Of a DNA stretch of 64,000 nucleotides, positions 19,407 through 29,964 are shown one piece after another. Below the pieces are notes generated by a model. That model was not told where the DNA came from, searched no databases, and saw only the letters and a program-made list of their open reading frames with translations. The stretch covers positions 10,698 through 74,697 of the forward strand of contig JAVZJR010000001.1 of NCBI GenBank assembly GCA_038870635.1, written 5' to 3'. The stretch's first letter is position 1. Each line of letters opens with the position of its first letter. A program made the position numbers and the translations under genes. The stretch is from Candidatus Bilamarchaeaceae archaeon. Its GTDB lineage: Archaea; Micrarchaeota; Micrarchaeia; Anstonellales; Bilamarchaeaceae.

Positions 19407-19997
19407 TTATTTTTTAGCAAAGACAAGGTAAGCAGAGTGCATAAGACCAAAGTGTTTTGGGCGGACACCAAAATCCCGTACTTCGTAATCCCGAGTTATG
19501 CATTCAGTCATAAAAACTTCATCACAATGTTTTTGGCATTCAAGTGCAAAAGCCTTGGCCTGTTCTATGTGAAGGCAATGTGCTACAGCAAAGCAACCTT
19601 TCTTTAAAACTTTTAGAACAATCGGGACAACTTTTTCTGCATCCGGTATATCACAAACTACTAAATCAAAAATTTCATCGTTTTCATCAATACCATCTTT
19701 TACTACATCACGCAGTTTAAAAGATACGTTATCAAAACCTAATCGTTTAGCATTTTCCTCAGCGATTTTAAGAAATTCTGCCCTTTTTTCATAGGATATA
19801 ACTTTTTTAGCAATGTTTGCCATTTGCAAAGACAAAAAACCAGAACCACTACCTATTTCAAGAACAGTACTATCTTTTCCTACACTAGTATAAGCGATTA
19901 TCAATCCTGCATCTTTTGGAAGTGTGACCGCGGGCCCTCTTTTTAGTTTTTTCAACAAAGGGGATAGATATGGTTTTGGAGCTGTAGATTTTTTCAA
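19407..19997 (-). CDS. trmI: tRNA (adenine-N1) methyltransferase TrmI-like, lacking the N-terminal beta domain
   Basis: KRGPAVTLPKD, LEIGSGSG, YEKR, DIPD, RP...MHSAYL. Confidence 0.85.
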   Translation of the reverse strand: MKKSTAPKPYLSPLLKKLKRGPAVTLPKDAGLIIAYTSVGKDSTVLEIGSGSGFLSLQMANIAKKVISYEKRAEFLKIAEENAKRLGFDNVSFKLRDVVKDGIDENDEIFDLVVCDIPDAEKVVPIVLKVLKKGCFAVAHCLHIEQAKAFALECQKHCDEVFMTECITRDYEVRDFGVRPKHFGLMHSAYLVFAKK

Positions 19998-20087
19998 AAA
20001 ACCACCAGAGAAATTTTAAAAGACAGATTTTATAATCCATCGCAAAACGCAAAAGAATAAAAGGAAAAGCGTGCATATTTAATAGAC

Positions 20088-20855
20088 ATGAAAAAAATTG
20101 TTTACTACTCGCCAACCTTATCTAATGAGCAGATTATAGAAAAAATGAAAAAAGTATTACCTTTTAGATTTAAACCGCTTAGCACTGAAATAATAAAAAG
20201 AACAAGAGAACTGGAAAACATAGATGGAAGAGTAGCTTATATTTGGGGCGATGGAAGATACCATCATGAGTCTTACTTCTTTACAAAAAACAAAGTAAAA
20301 ATAAAAATAAATTACGATTACCATTGCGATTTTGACGGTAGCGCCACCTATGTGGATTACTTTAACCACATGTATTACACTCAAAAAGACTCTACAAAGA
20401 TAATACTACCACGCGGAATAGAATTATTAAAAGACAAAAACGAAATAAGCAAAAAATTTGAGGAATACATAAATGAAATAAAAATAGAGACAAAACAATT
20501 TGGCAAAAATTCTATTGCTTTAACTATTGACTGTGATGCTTTTAGAAACTTTCCGGCAGTACCTTATTGGGTGCACGAAAACGCTTCAGAACCAGCACTC
20601 TTAATAAATTTGATAAAAACTATACGTGAAAAAATAGCACTTCTGGATATTGGTGGCCTTGCTCCCAAAATAAAAGATTTTAAATTTATGAAAGATTTTT
20701 CACTAGATGAGATACCACAAAAAAATGACACAAAAATATTTTTAGGAGAATACGATTATCTAAATAAAAAATTTGATAAAAAAATAATAAACAGAGTCGG
20801 CAATTATGCGATTAAGATATACATTGAAGTATTGTCAGCCTTCTTTTTTGATTAA
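20088..20855 (+). CDS. Divergent arginase/ureohydrolase-fold protein (paralogue of 13105-14013)
   Basis: [29 protein letters not shown]. Confidence 0.6.
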   Translation: MKKIVYYSPTLSNEQIIEKMKKVLPFRFKPLSTEIIKRTRELENIDGRVAYIWGDGRYHHESYFFTKNKVKIKINYDYHCDFDGSATYVDYFNHMYYTQKDSTKIILPRGIELLKDKNEISKKFEEYINEIKIETKQFGKNSIALTIDCDAFRNFPAVPYWVHENASEPALLINLIKTIREKIALLDIGGLAPKIKDFKFMKDFSLDEIPQKNDTKIFLGEYDYLNKKFDKKIINRVGNYAIKIYIEVLSAFFFD

Positions 20856-21286
20856 GCATTTTTTAAGCGATAATCCCTTAGTTTTTTAGAAAGATTTTCG
20901 TCTTTCAATGCAAGAATTTCAACTGCAAGCAGAGCAGCATTTTTACCATTGTCTATCCCGACCGTAGCAACAGGCACACCGGGGGGCAATTGAGCAATGC
21001 TTAAAAGCGCGTCAAGACCGCCAAGCTTTGCTGATACTGGCACACCTATCACTGGTTTTGTAGTTTTGCTTGCACAAAAGCCCGGCAAAGCCGCACTTAG
21101 GCCAGCGATTGCAATTATCACTTCCGCTTTTGTTTTACTTACCAACTCCTCAACTCTATCAGGATTTCTATGAGCAGAAGCAACTTCATATTTATAAGGG
21201 ATGCCAAATTCCTGAAGGGTATCCAATGCCTTTTTCGCGATTTCATCATCGCTTTTGCTCCCACAGATAACTAAAACTTTTTCCAT
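20852..21286 (-). CDS. purE: AIR carboxylase / N5-CAIR mutase
   Basis: [40 protein letters not shown]. Confidence 0.95.
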   Translation of the reverse strand: MEKVLVICGSKSDDEIAKKALDTLQEFGIPYKYEVASAHRNPDRVEELVSKTKAEVIIAIAGLSAALPGFCASKTTKPVIGVPVSAKLGGLDALLSIAQLPPGVPVATVGIDNGKNAALLAVEILALKDENLSKKLRDYRLKNA

Positions 21287-21348
21287 ATTGCGATTATCCA
21301 AGGGATTATTTAAAAATATACTCATAACAAAATAATGATGGTGGATTT

Positions 21349-21657
21349 GTGACCAAAGCAAAAGCGCCAAAAAGGAGACATATCATGATAGAAGTAAAAG
21401 AAAAAATCACAGAAGAAGACCTAAAAGCTCTACTCTATAGAGAGGCTCTTCGTTTTTTTGGAGAATATGGCTGCTCATTTTTACAGCTTAAAATAACCAA
21501 ACATGAACCTGAAAAAAACTTATGGATTATAACCTGTGCTCGTGATTATGCAGATAAAGTAAGGGGATTTTTAACATTAATAGAGAAACCAAGAATAATA
21601 GCGAAAAAGACAAGCGGAACTATGAAAAAACTTAAAGAAAAAATTATCTGCTCATAA
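21349..21657 (+). CDS. rnp2: RNase P protein Pop5/Rpp14
   Basis: [24 protein letters not shown]. Confidence 0.8.
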   Translation: MTKAKAPKRRHIMIEVKEKITEEDLKALLYREALRFFGEYGCSFLQLKITKHEPEKNLWIITCARDYADKVRGFLTLIEKPRIIAKKTSGTMKKLKEKIICS

Positions 21658-22825
21658 TCTCTATAATATCACGGTGTTTTAGGACATATTCTGCTCCGAG
21701 GGCTTTTTTTGTGCGTACATCTATAGCCTTCACAAAACCTTTTGCTAAGTCAGTATGTATAGTAGCTGCAAAATCCAAGGCAGTGCTACCTGGTTTCATT
21801 AGAAAACAATCTGGCAGGATATTTCCTTTGCTATCGGCCAACTTATTAACACCACCCGGAAAAACTGCTATATAGTGAAGAAAATCAAAAACTGCTGCGT
21901 TAAGAGCTTTCTGGACTCCTGTTCCGCCAGCCATCTTGATGTAATTTTTCAAAAATTCCATTGCTTTTTTTTGTTGCTCATCTAACTGTGCGATAATCTC
22001 AAAATCACTATCGCCAGGAATGTATTTTATAAAACCATTCTTTGCTGCACTTTTAAGAGCAATCTCTGCTTCAGCAGAACAAGGAATTATAACATAGTTG
22101 GGAAACTCTTTCACAAGCCTTTGATAGTTTTGATAAGCGCCAGGAAGGTCGCACTTATTTGCTGCTATTAGAATTGGTTTTCCTATTTCTCGCATTTTTT
22201 TTGCAAATGCTAATTTTTCCTCTTCGCTCCACTGCTCTAATAATTTATCTTTTAAACGAAGCTCGACCAATGTTTTCACAATTGCGTTTTTACTTATCCC
22301 CAAACCAGTGAATTGGTCAAACAAAACCTTTTCGTTTCCATCCTTCTTACTATCTTTTACTAACCTTATCCAATTGTTATCAAGAATTCCTTTTATCCAA
22401 TAGTTAAGCTCGTTTTCAAGGAATATTATATCTTTTGCTGGGTCATAGCTACCAACAGGAACTTTCTCACCGTTCTCATTAGTTGAACCACTAGCATCAA
22501 CTATATGAATAAGCACATCTGCCTGCCGTAAATCATCTAAAAATTTATTGCCTAAACCTTTTCCTTCATGCGCCCCTGGCACTAAACCAGCAACATCGAG
22601 TAGTTCGACAGGAACAAAACGTCTGCTGTTTATGCAATAGCCGGCCCTCGGATTGCATTTAACCCCAAACTCCTTATCAACACATTCCACTTCAACATAA
22701 CCTATCGCATGATTTGGTTTAATAGTTGTGAAAGGTCTGGGAGAACGCTCTACGGCCACACTGGTGGCTGCCATAAAAAAGCTACTCTTTCCAGTTGATG
22801 GTTTTCCAACTATACCAATAAGCAT
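21644..22825 (-). CDS. ychF: OBG-family YchF/Ygr210-like NTPase with TGS domain
   Basis: [42 protein letters not shown]. Confidence 0.92.
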   Translation of the reverse strand: MLIGIVGKPSTGKSSFFMAATSVAVERSPRPFTTIKPNHAIGYVEVECVDKEFGVKCNPRAGYCINSRRFVPVELLDVAGLVPGAHEGKGLGNKFLDDLRQADVLIHIVDASGSTNENGEKVPVGSYDPAKDIIFLENELNYWIKGILDNNWIRLVKDSKKDGNEKVLFDQFTGLGISKNAIVKTLVELRLKDKLLEQWSEEEKLAFAKKMREIGKPILIAANKCDLPGAYQNYQRLVKEFPNYVIIPCSAEAEIALKSAAKNGFIKYIPGDSDFEIIAQLDEQQKKAMEFLKNYIKMAGGTGVQKALNAAVFDFLHYIAVFPGGVNKLADSKGNILPDCFLMKPGSTALDFAATIHTDLAKGFVKAIDVRTKKALGAEYVLKHRDIIEIMSR

Positions 22826-22851
22826 TTTTTCATCACGCTCAAATTTTTATT

Positions 22852-23316
22852 CTATTTTTTATTAGCAGAATAAAAGCCAACAAGTCCAAGAACAAGAAGA
22901 ATCAAACCTGATGAACCAGGGCATTGTTTTTCTACTTCGCCGCACTTAATGGCAGCATCCGCAATACAACGATCGGCAGCGCTATAACAAGTAGTCATAG
23001 AACCTTCTTGGCAATCATATTTGTCGTTTCCAGTAGAAACATCTGCAATGCAACTTGATAACTGGGATGCACACTCATCAACTTGCGGGCATTGTCCTGC
23101 ATGGTATTTCCCACTCATAATAGGATAACTCTTACTTATACATGTCAAAGCACTCGCTTTATAGGCATCTGAACAAGAACGGTCAATTTTTCCATTTTGG
23201 TCAAATCTGCAATTTGCGCATGCTTGTTTGTATGCTTCAAGTGAGCAATCTGCAAAAATTGTGCCAGACAACAGAACTAAACCTAAAAGAACAGCTAAGT
23301 AAATAATAAATTTCAT
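22852..23316 (-). CDS. Secreted Cys-rich protein with C-terminal Cys-TM-basic tail
   Basis: Signal peptide; many Cys; ends CPGSSGLILLVLGLVGFYSANKK. Confidence 0.7.
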   Translation of the reverse strand: MKFIIYLAVLLGLVLLSGTIFADCSLEAYKQACANCRFDQNGKIDRSCSDAYKASALTCISKSYPIMSGKYHAGQCPQVDECASQLSSCIADVSTGNDKYDCQEGSMTTCYSAADRCIADAAIKCGEVEKQCPGSSGLILLVLGLVGFYSANKK

Positions 23317-23366
23317 ACTACAATTGAAAAAGAAAGGATTAATAAAGATAAACTTTGGGCTCTTGG

Positions 23367-24521
23367 TTATTTTCTTAAAATAACTACGCTCTCTCTTGTT
23401 TGCACTCGTTGAGGTTTGACATCAGCAAAACGGTAGGCACCAATTATTATTTCTGCTTCCATACCTAAACGATTACCAATTTCTGCCAGTATTTTATCCA
23501 CAAGTATGTGCTCATTAAATATCACTGCATTAGATACTACAAAATAAGCAGCGCGCCCTTCTCCTAATACCCTTTGTAATTCTTTTATGACTAGCTCCAT
23601 ATCCGCAAAATAACTTCCAACTATCGGTATTTTTTGTCCAACGTCTCCGCATTCTGGTGGAGAGTTAAGAGTAAAATGATCGCCTTTTATAAAAGAGTGC
23701 AAGAGCCTCCCTCTTGTCTTTTTTGTACTTTGTTGATCCAAGGCAAGAAGACTAAGTTCAAGACCATATATTTTAGAATAATCTACATTGTTTAGGTAAG
23801 GCGGCGAAGTTATAGCTACATCAAAATATTCATCTTTAAAATTCAAGTGACGAGCATCACCCAAAAAAACTGCTGGCTCTGGGCCATCTATTTTATTTTC
23901 CTCGATATCTTTTAGCATAAGTTTTAACTTTCTAAAAAAGGCCTCTTTTGCTGGCATTGCTCTTTTTCTTTTATCAATTTTAAGAACGCCGCCATCCTTT
24001 ATTACTATACTTGCCTGAGGAAGAATTGACAACAAAGCAAGGAGAAGAAAATCCTTTGCTTTTTGACCGCATTCGTATTCATATATCGCTTCACGGATAG
24101 ATAATATTTCTATAAGGTTTCTTTTTGGAAAAGCTGCCCTTGGACTAAAAAGCTCAAAATCCCATTTAATAGACGCCTCTCTCTTTAATTTTTTAGAAAG
24201 AAAAAAAATAATCTCTGAAATATCTTCTTTTGTGTAATTCGTACATTTAACTTTTGAAACAAGAACAGCCAGTTCAGAAGCATCTATTCCGCACGATTTT
24301 AAACCGCTTTTTTTAGCCGCTAATAATGATGTGCCGACACCACAAAAAGGATCTATTAAAGATTTTATCTCTCGACTGTGGGACTGTTCTTTTTTTAGAC
24401 AATATTCTACTATTTCAGGAGAATAGCCCTCTTTATAATAAAACCATCGATGAATAGGTTTTTCTTTGTTTGGCTGAAAAGTCATGTAGGGCGCAAGCCA
24501 AAGTTCTTCGTGTATTTTCAT
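23367..24521 (-). CDS. DNA amino-methyltransferase (N4-C type), no adjacent restriction enzyme
   Basis: HRWF.YKEGYS, DPFCGVGT (motif I), TSPPY (motif IV). Confidence 0.85.
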   Translation of the reverse strand: MKIHEELWLAPYMTFQPNKEKPIHRWFYYKEGYSPEIVEYCLKKEQSHSREIKSLIDPFCGVGTSLLAAKKSGLKSCGIDASELAVLVSKVKCTNYTKEDISEIIFFLSKKLKREASIKWDFELFSPRAAFPKRNLIEILSIREAIYEYECGQKAKDFLLLALLSILPQASIVIKDGGVLKIDKRKRAMPAKEAFFRKLKLMLKDIEENKIDGPEPAVFLGDARHLNFKDEYFDVAITSPPYLNNVDYSKIYGLELSLLALDQQSTKKTRGRLLHSFIKGDHFTLNSPPECGDVGQKIPIVGSYFADMELVIKELQRVLGEGRAAYFVVSNAVIFNEHILVDKILAEIGNRLGMEAEIIIGAYRFADVKPQRVQTRESVVILRK

Positions 24522-24525
24522 AAAA

Positions 24526-24921
24526 TCAACTTTTCTCTTTCGCTATTGCTTTTTTTGAAAGGTTATCTGCGATGGTATTATGTTCACGCGGTATATGCTC
24601 TATCTCCACATCCATACCCCGGAGCAACTCATCTGCTTTTGATTTTAATATTTTAAGATTATGGTCCTTTACTTTGTATAGGCCGTTCATCTGATTCGCA
24701 AGCAGTTGGCTATCTGTCCGAATAAGAGCTTTTGACTCCCCGAATTTTTTTATTTCCTCTAAAGCACGAATTAATGCACTATATTCTGCAATGTTATTGG
24801 TGCCTTCACCTAAATATTCACTTATCTCTTTTATCTTATGTTTATTTTTATATATTACAACCCCTATGCCCATAGGGCCAGGATTACCAAAGCAAGCACC
24901 ATCAATGTAAACATAAAGCAT
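24526..24921 (-). CDS. rnhA: Ribonuclease HI
   Basis: DGACFGNPG, TNNIAEY.AL, TDSQL, HIPRE.N..AD. Confidence 0.93.
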   Translation of the reverse strand: MLYVYIDGACFGNPGPMGIGVVIYKNKHKIKEISEYLGEGTNNIAEYSALIRALEEIKKFGESKALIRTDSQLLANQMNGLYKVKDHNLKILKSKADELLRGMDVEIEHIPREHNTIADNLSKKAIAKEKS

Positions 24922-24941
24922 AAAATCATTTTAGGCTGGAA

Positions 24942-25568
24942 CTATTTAAATTGTTCTTTCCCCCACCGCACTATCAGGGCGTGATATTCATTAAACAAAC
25001 GATAGTTTTTTGGGAGGTTTTTTTCAAAAAATAGTTGACAATCGTTATAACTTTTAAAATTACCAAGACCATAGTAAATGCAAAACCTAAGTGTGTATGC
25101 ATCCACAACGAAAATAGGTTTCTTAAAAGCATAAAGAAGAATGGAATCCGCAGTTTCAGGTCCGATTCCTTTTACACTCAGAAGAGCTTCGCGCGATTCT
25201 CTTAAACTGCTGCATTTCCTTATTTTTTTATAGATAGGCAAAAGCCGTTTTATTCTTTCTGCTTTTTGATTGTAATAACCCGAGGAACGTATAAGCAAAG
25301 CCAATTTTTTTATAGGCATACCTAACAGAGATGAATAGTCTAAGACATTATTTTCATAAAGTGAAAGAAGAGCTTTTTCAGCATTTTTCCAATTTGTCCC
25401 TTGAGCAAGAATGGCACCAATGGTAATCTGAAATCTATCTCTTTCATTTTTTGGAGTGTTGTAATCATTAGGGTGGTAATGGATTTTACCCCTTTTTATT
25501 GTTGGCCACCACCCCTGTGGACCGTATATACCAAGCAATCTTTTGTACATCGCTAAAAGAGATACCAT
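24942..25568 (-). CDS. HhH-GPD endonuclease III-like glycosylase without Fe-S motif
   Basis: GPQGWWP, GAILAQ.T.W, LLSVKGIGPETADSILLYA, VVDAYT, EYHALIV. Confidence 0.88.
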   Translation of the reverse strand: MVSLLAMYKRLLGIYGPQGWWPTIKRGKIHYHPNDYNTPKNERDRFQITIGAILAQGTNWKNAEKALLSLYENNVLDYSSLLGMPIKKLALLIRSSGYYNQKAERIKRLLPIYKKIRKCSSLRESREALLSVKGIGPETADSILLYAFKKPIFVVDAYTLRFCIYYGLGNFKSYNDCQLFFEKNLPKNYRLFNEYHALIVRWGKEQFK

Positions 25569-25626
25569 AAATCGATAACACGGCGCAGATTTTTAAGCAC
25601 TTACCAATAATCATTTGTCGATTGTT

Positions 25627-28002
25627 ATGCTTGAAAAAAATTACAGCAGAGAGATTGAAAAGAAGTGGCAGGAAAGATGGAAGGAAGAAGGAACTTATAA
25701 ATTTGATGAAAACGACAGTGTCAAACCTATTTATAGCATAGACACGCCCCCTCCTTTTACTAGTGGGGAGCTTCATATGGGACATGTGCTTTCCTACAGT
25801 TACTTTGATTTCGCAGCAAGATATAAACGAATGCGTGGTTTTAATGTATACTACCCTCAAGGATGGGATACACAAGGTTTTCCAACTGAAGTAAAAGTAG
25901 AAAAAAAATATGGAAAGTTGCCGCCTGTTGAATTTAGGCAAAAATGTGTGGAATGGACAAAGGAGTTTATAGCAAGAATGAAACAACAGATGAACGAGCT
26001 TGGCTTTAGCGCAGACTGGAGATATGAATATAGAACAATGGACCCGGCATATCACAAAAAAGTACAACTCTCCTTAATACAAATGTACAATGACAAGTTA
26101 ATATATCGATCAAAATATCCTGTATTTTGGTGCACCAAATGTGTATCAGCAATAGCCAAGGCAGAATTAGACGATTTTGAAAAGGAAGGCGTTCTAAATT
26201 ACATAAAGTTTAAAGGACCAGAAAATGAAGACCTCATAATAGCAACAACAAGACCAGAACTTCTTCACGCGTGTGTTGCGGTTATGTTCAACCCAAACGA
26301 TAAAAGGTATTTACATCTTGATGGTAAAAAGATAACTACCCCTCTTGGAAAAGAAGTTATCGCGATACCAGATAAGGAAGTTGACATGGAATTTGGCACT
26401 GGGCTCGTCATGCTGTGTACTTTTGGGGATAAGATGGATGTAGTATGGATGCATCGCTATAAGCTTCCACTAATAGAAGCACTTGATCAACACGGCAGAT
26501 TGATAAATGCAGGTGAATTTAATGGCTTAAAGGTAGAGGAAGCAAAAAAGAAAATAATAGAAAAACTTGAAAGAGATGGTAAAGTAGTAAAAAAGGAAAA
26601 AATAAAACAAGTTATTAAAGTACATGACCGGTGTAGCACACCGATAGAACTTTTAACGTCGTATCAATGGTTCGCGGACATAAAGACAACTGCAAAAAGA
26701 ATAAAAGATATGGCATATAAGATAAGATGGATTCCATCTTTTGGTATTACTTATCTAATAGACTGGGTGGAAGGTGCGGAATGGGATTGGGTGATTAGCA
26801 GACAGAGAATTTTTGGCACCCCCTTACCTTTTTACTATTGTGAAAAATGCGGTGAAACCGCTCCTGCTGATATAAAAGATTTGCCTTTTTACGCAGAAAC
26901 CGCTCCAATCAAAAAATGTAAATGTGGCGAACAGATGAAACCAGAAACAAGTACCTGTGATTGTTGGGTGGATTCAAGCATAACTCCATTAATAATAAGT
27001 GGTTGGCCAGATGATGAAAAAAAATTCAAACGGTTCTACCCAATAACTTTGCGCCCTCAGGGAGTAGAAATAGTAAGAACTTGGGCTTTTTATACACTCT
27101 ATAGAAGTGGAGTAGCACTAACTGGTATCCCGCCATGGAAAGAAATACTGCTGAATGGAAATGTATTGGCTCCTGATGGAAAAAAGATGAGTAAGAGCTT
27201 AGGGAATGTAATATCTCCGGCAGAATTGCTAAACGATTATCCAGCAGATGCAATAAGACAATGGGCAGCTATGAGTGGGGCGATGGCAAAAGATCGACCT
27301 TTTAGTTATGAAGACTTACGTTTTGCAAAATCTTTTCTCAATAAACTTTGGAATGCTGCAAGATTCATAGAACTTAACTTAAAAGATTATAAAAAATTAG
27401 AGAGACATTCGCATCAATTGACACTTATAGATAAATGGATATTGCAAGAACTAAACAAGCTCATCCAAGATTACACAACAGCATTTGAAAATTATGATTA
27501 TCAAAAAGCGATATACCGTCTACATTCATTTTTTTGGCAAGAATTTTGTGATGATTATCTCGAATATGTAAAACATAGAATATATGGACCAGATAGCGAA
27601 GAGAAAAACGCGGCCTTTTATACATTACACACTGTTTTGGAAACTGTAGTTAAGCTACTCGCACCAATTGCCCCGCATATAAGTGAAGAGATATATAGAG
27701 AAGTACTAAAAAATAACGAAAGTATCCACCTATCTTCTTGGCCTAAGAAAATCGAAAATATAGAAGGAGAAACGACCCCAGTGGAAATAATGAGAAAAAT
27801 AATAAGCCAAGTACGACAACAGAAAGCTTCCGCGAGATTGCCACAAAATGCTGAAATAGAAAAAGGAATAATAAGTGGCAAAAATGAAGACACAGATACA
27901 CTCATAAAAGCAGGGCTTATCGAAGAAATAAAGAAAATAACAAAAATAAAAGAATTAGAGATAAAAAAAGGCGAAGAGATTAAGATATCAATAGTGAACT
28001 AA
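25627..28002 (+). CDS. valS: Valyl-tRNA synthetase (archaeal type)
   Basis: IDTPPPFTSGELHMGH, DWVISRQR, KMSKSLGN, CDDYLE. Confidence 0.97.
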   Translation: MLEKNYSREIEKKWQERWKEEGTYKFDENDSVKPIYSIDTPPPFTSGELHMGHVLSYSYFDFAARYKRMRGFNVYYPQGWDTQGFPTEVKVEKKYGKLPPVEFRQKCVEWTKEFIARMKQQMNELGFSADWRYEYRTMDPAYHKKVQLSLIQMYNDKLIYRSKYPVFWCTKCVSAIAKAELDDFEKEGVLNYIKFKGPENEDLIIATTRPELLHACVAVMFNPNDKRYLHLDGKKITTPLGKEVIAIPDKEVDMEFGTGLVMLCTFGDKMDVVWMHRYKLPLIEALDQHGRLINAGEFNGLKVEEAKKKIIEKLERDGKVVKKEKIKQVIKVHDRCSTPIELLTSYQWFADIKTTAKRIKDMAYKIRWIPSFGITYLIDWVEGAEWDWVISRQRIFGTPLPFYYCEKCGETAPADIKDLPFYAETAPIKKCKCGEQMKPETSTCDCWVDSSITPLIISGWPDDEKKFKRFYPITLRPQGVEIVRTWAFYTLYRSGVALTGIPPWKEILLNGNVLAPDGKKMSKSLGNVISPAELLNDYPADAIRQWAAMSGAMAKDRPFSYEDLRFAKSFLNKLWNAARFIELNLKDYKKLERHSHQLTLIDKWILQELNKLIQDYTTAFENYDYQKAIYRLHSFFWQEFCDDYLEYVKHRIYGPDSEEKNAAFYTLHTVLETVVKLLAPIAPHISEEIYREVLKNNESIHLSSWPKKIENIEGETTPVEIMRKIISQVRQQKASARLPQNAEIEKGIISGKNEDTDTLIKAGLIEEIKKITKIKELEIKKGEEIKISIVN

Positions 28003-28524
28003 TCAATCTGGCGCAACTACTTTTGCGACTAAACGACCGCTTATAGTATGCTCATCACCACTACACGCAGCACTCTGCGGATCATCCCGCAATTCAGGCG
28101 CACAGGAACGGTATTGTAAATAGAGAGAAAATTGTTTCAAGGCATTCTCTTCTAATTTTTTCTCTTGTGGAAAAGCACCATTGAAAACCAATTTGCTTCC
28201 ACTCTCTACACTTTTTTGTTGAGAAGATAAAGCAACTTTGCTTCCATCAGAAAGAATTAAAGAAAAATCCGATATCTCTATAGGGTAAGAGAATGCATTA
28301 AGCACCTCAATAGAAACCTTAGTAATACCCGCTCGGTCGTTATAAACAACTGCTTTACAAGGAATGTTGGAACCAAGTTCGCATTTTTCGCTTATAAAAA
28401 AGTCAGAGCGAAAAAAACCGCCAAAAAGTAATATACCAATCACAACCGCCAAAATAAATATCGCCCAACCATAAGTAGTGAGATATTCTATCATTGCCTG
28501 TCCTTTGAAATTTTTAAAGTTCAT
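28003..28524 (-). CDS. Class III signal-peptide (pilin-like) protein
   Basis: KG/QAMIEYLTTYGWAIFILAVVIGIL. Confidence 0.85.
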   Translation of the reverse strand: MNFKNFKGQAMIEYLTTYGWAIFILAVVIGILLFGGFFRSDFFISEKCELGSNIPCKAVVYNDRAGITKVSIEVLNAFSYPIEISDFSLILSDGSKVALSSQQKSVESGSKLVFNGAFPQEKKLEENALKQFSLYLQYRSCAPELRDDPQSAACSGDEHTISGRLVAKVVAPD

Positions 28525-28587
28525 ATTCTTGATTAAAACATATATAATTAAATTAATTACGGAAGAAATCCAAGTGAGAGTGATAGT

Positions 28588-29274
28588 ATGGATAGAGTTA
28601 AGACGGGTATAAGTGGATTAGACGAAATGCTTAACGGAGGAATACCAAAAAACAGACATGTTGCGCTCTATGGTGGTCCTGGTTGCGGAAAAACTTCTTT
28701 CTGCTTTGAATACTTATACCGTGGCGCAGAAGAGGGAGAGAATGGTGTTTACATAACATTAGAAGAAACACCAGAAGACATCATTACAAACATGAGGAAT
28801 ACTTTTCCTCTTTTAAAAAATACTGAAAAACTAATAGAAGAGAAAAAACTAGAAATAGTAAAACCAGAGAAATTTGTAATGGAAGAAATAGCTAATATAA
28901 TAGAGGAAAGAATAACAGAAAATGATGTAAAAAGGGCAGTCATAGATTCAGCAACAATGATAAGAATGTCTTTTGGTACTGAAATAGAGTATAGGCAAAC
29001 GCTTTTTGAGTTCCTCTCTCTTTTAAGAAATCTTGACTGCACAACAATAACAACTGTTGAAGCAAATTCTGCTATGAAAACAGAAATGCGCTTTGATATA
29101 GAACACTTTGTTATGGATGGTATAATAAATCTGTACAATCTTGATAGAGAAGACAGAAGAATAAGAGCGCTTGAAATATTCAAAATGAGAGGAACAGATC
29201 ACTCGCGTGAACTCGTGCCCTTTAAGGTGACGCCTTCAGGCATAAAGGTTTATGTTGGCGAGAAAGTTTTCTAG
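28588..29274 (+). CDS. KaiC-like RecA-superfamily ATPase (single domain)
   Basis: RVKTGISGLDEML.GG, GGPGCGKT, YITLEE, VIDS, KMRGT.H. Confidence 0.92.
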   Translation: MDRVKTGISGLDEMLNGGIPKNRHVALYGGPGCGKTSFCFEYLYRGAEEGENGVYITLEETPEDIITNMRNTFPLLKNTEKLIEEKKLEIVKPEKFVMEEIANIIEERITENDVKRAVIDSATMIRMSFGTEIEYRQTLFEFLSLLRNLDCTTITTVEANSAMKTEMRFDIEHFVMDGIINLYNLDREDRRIRALEIFKMRGTDHSRELVPFKVTPSGIKVYVGEKVF

Positions 29275-29848
29275 AACTGGATAAGGGCAACCAGATACAA
29301 CCATCTTTACCTTTTAACGCGAGTGCTTTTTGTTTGTTAATAAAAAGTCCAGTTATGGCACAACACATAGCATCTATTTCATCTTGCGTGTAGTTTCTTT
29401 TCTTAAATTTAAAACCGCTTTTTCTAAACATTTCTAAAATTTCTCTTTTGTCTTTTCTATTCACTTTCCAAATATCATAGCTAGCGCCAGGAAAGACTTC
29501 AACAACGCGAATCTTTTGTTTTTTCATTTTATTTCTCAATTTTATTCCTCTTTTTGTCAGCATTCTCATAGGACCAAGCGTTATAGGAAAAAACCGTATG
29601 CCAAGTTTTCTTAACTTTAAATCGCACTCACGAAAATGAGCTTTATTTTTTTGATTAATATTTTTCCTTCCTTTAGGTAATGTGAGAGGTGCATCAATAG
29701 CAACAATTTCGAGTTTTGTTTTTTTTATAATTGTAAGCAATTCATTATCACTATGCACTATTCCTATGTCTAAAAAATTTTTTCCATCTAAAAGCGCTAT
29801 TCCAGTGTTTCTTTTCTCACTCCCTGCAAGATCTACCCCTAAAATCAT
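29222..29848 (-). CDS. DUF429 family predicted RNase H-fold nuclease
   Basis: MILGVDLAG, IDAPL, RECD, VEVFPG, DEIDA; ORF-track N-terminus overlaps the tRNA so start set at 29848. Confidence 0.8.
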   Translation of the reverse strand: MILGVDLAGSEKRNTGIALLDGKNFLDIGIVHSDNELLTIIKKTKLEIVAIDAPLTLPKGRKNINQKNKAHFRECDLKLRKLGIRFFPITLGPMRMLTKRGIKLRNKMKKQKIRVVEVFPGASYDIWKVNRKDKREILEMFRKSGFKFKKRNYTQDEIDAMCCAITGLFINKQKALALKGKDGCIWLPLSSSRKLSRQHKPLCLKASP

Positions 29849-29869
29849 AAAAACACTTATTAAAGCTAG

Positions 29870-29944
29870 TAGCGGGGGTTGGATTTGAACCAACGAGCTC
29901 CGGGTTATGAGCCCGGCGGGCACTCCAGGCTACCCCACCCCGCT
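29870..29944 (-). tRNA. Initiator tRNA-Met (CAT), intronless, CCA not encoded
   Basis: AGCGGGG acceptor stem with A1-U72; CCGGG-CTCATAA-CCCGG anticodon arm with three consecutive G-C pairs; GTTCAAATC T loop. Confidence 0.96.
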
Positions 29945-29964
29945 GAGAATAAGATTATATATAA

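Noticed and set aside
29849..29923. N-terminal extension of the DUF429 ORF
   Set aside because: Runs through the initiator tRNA.
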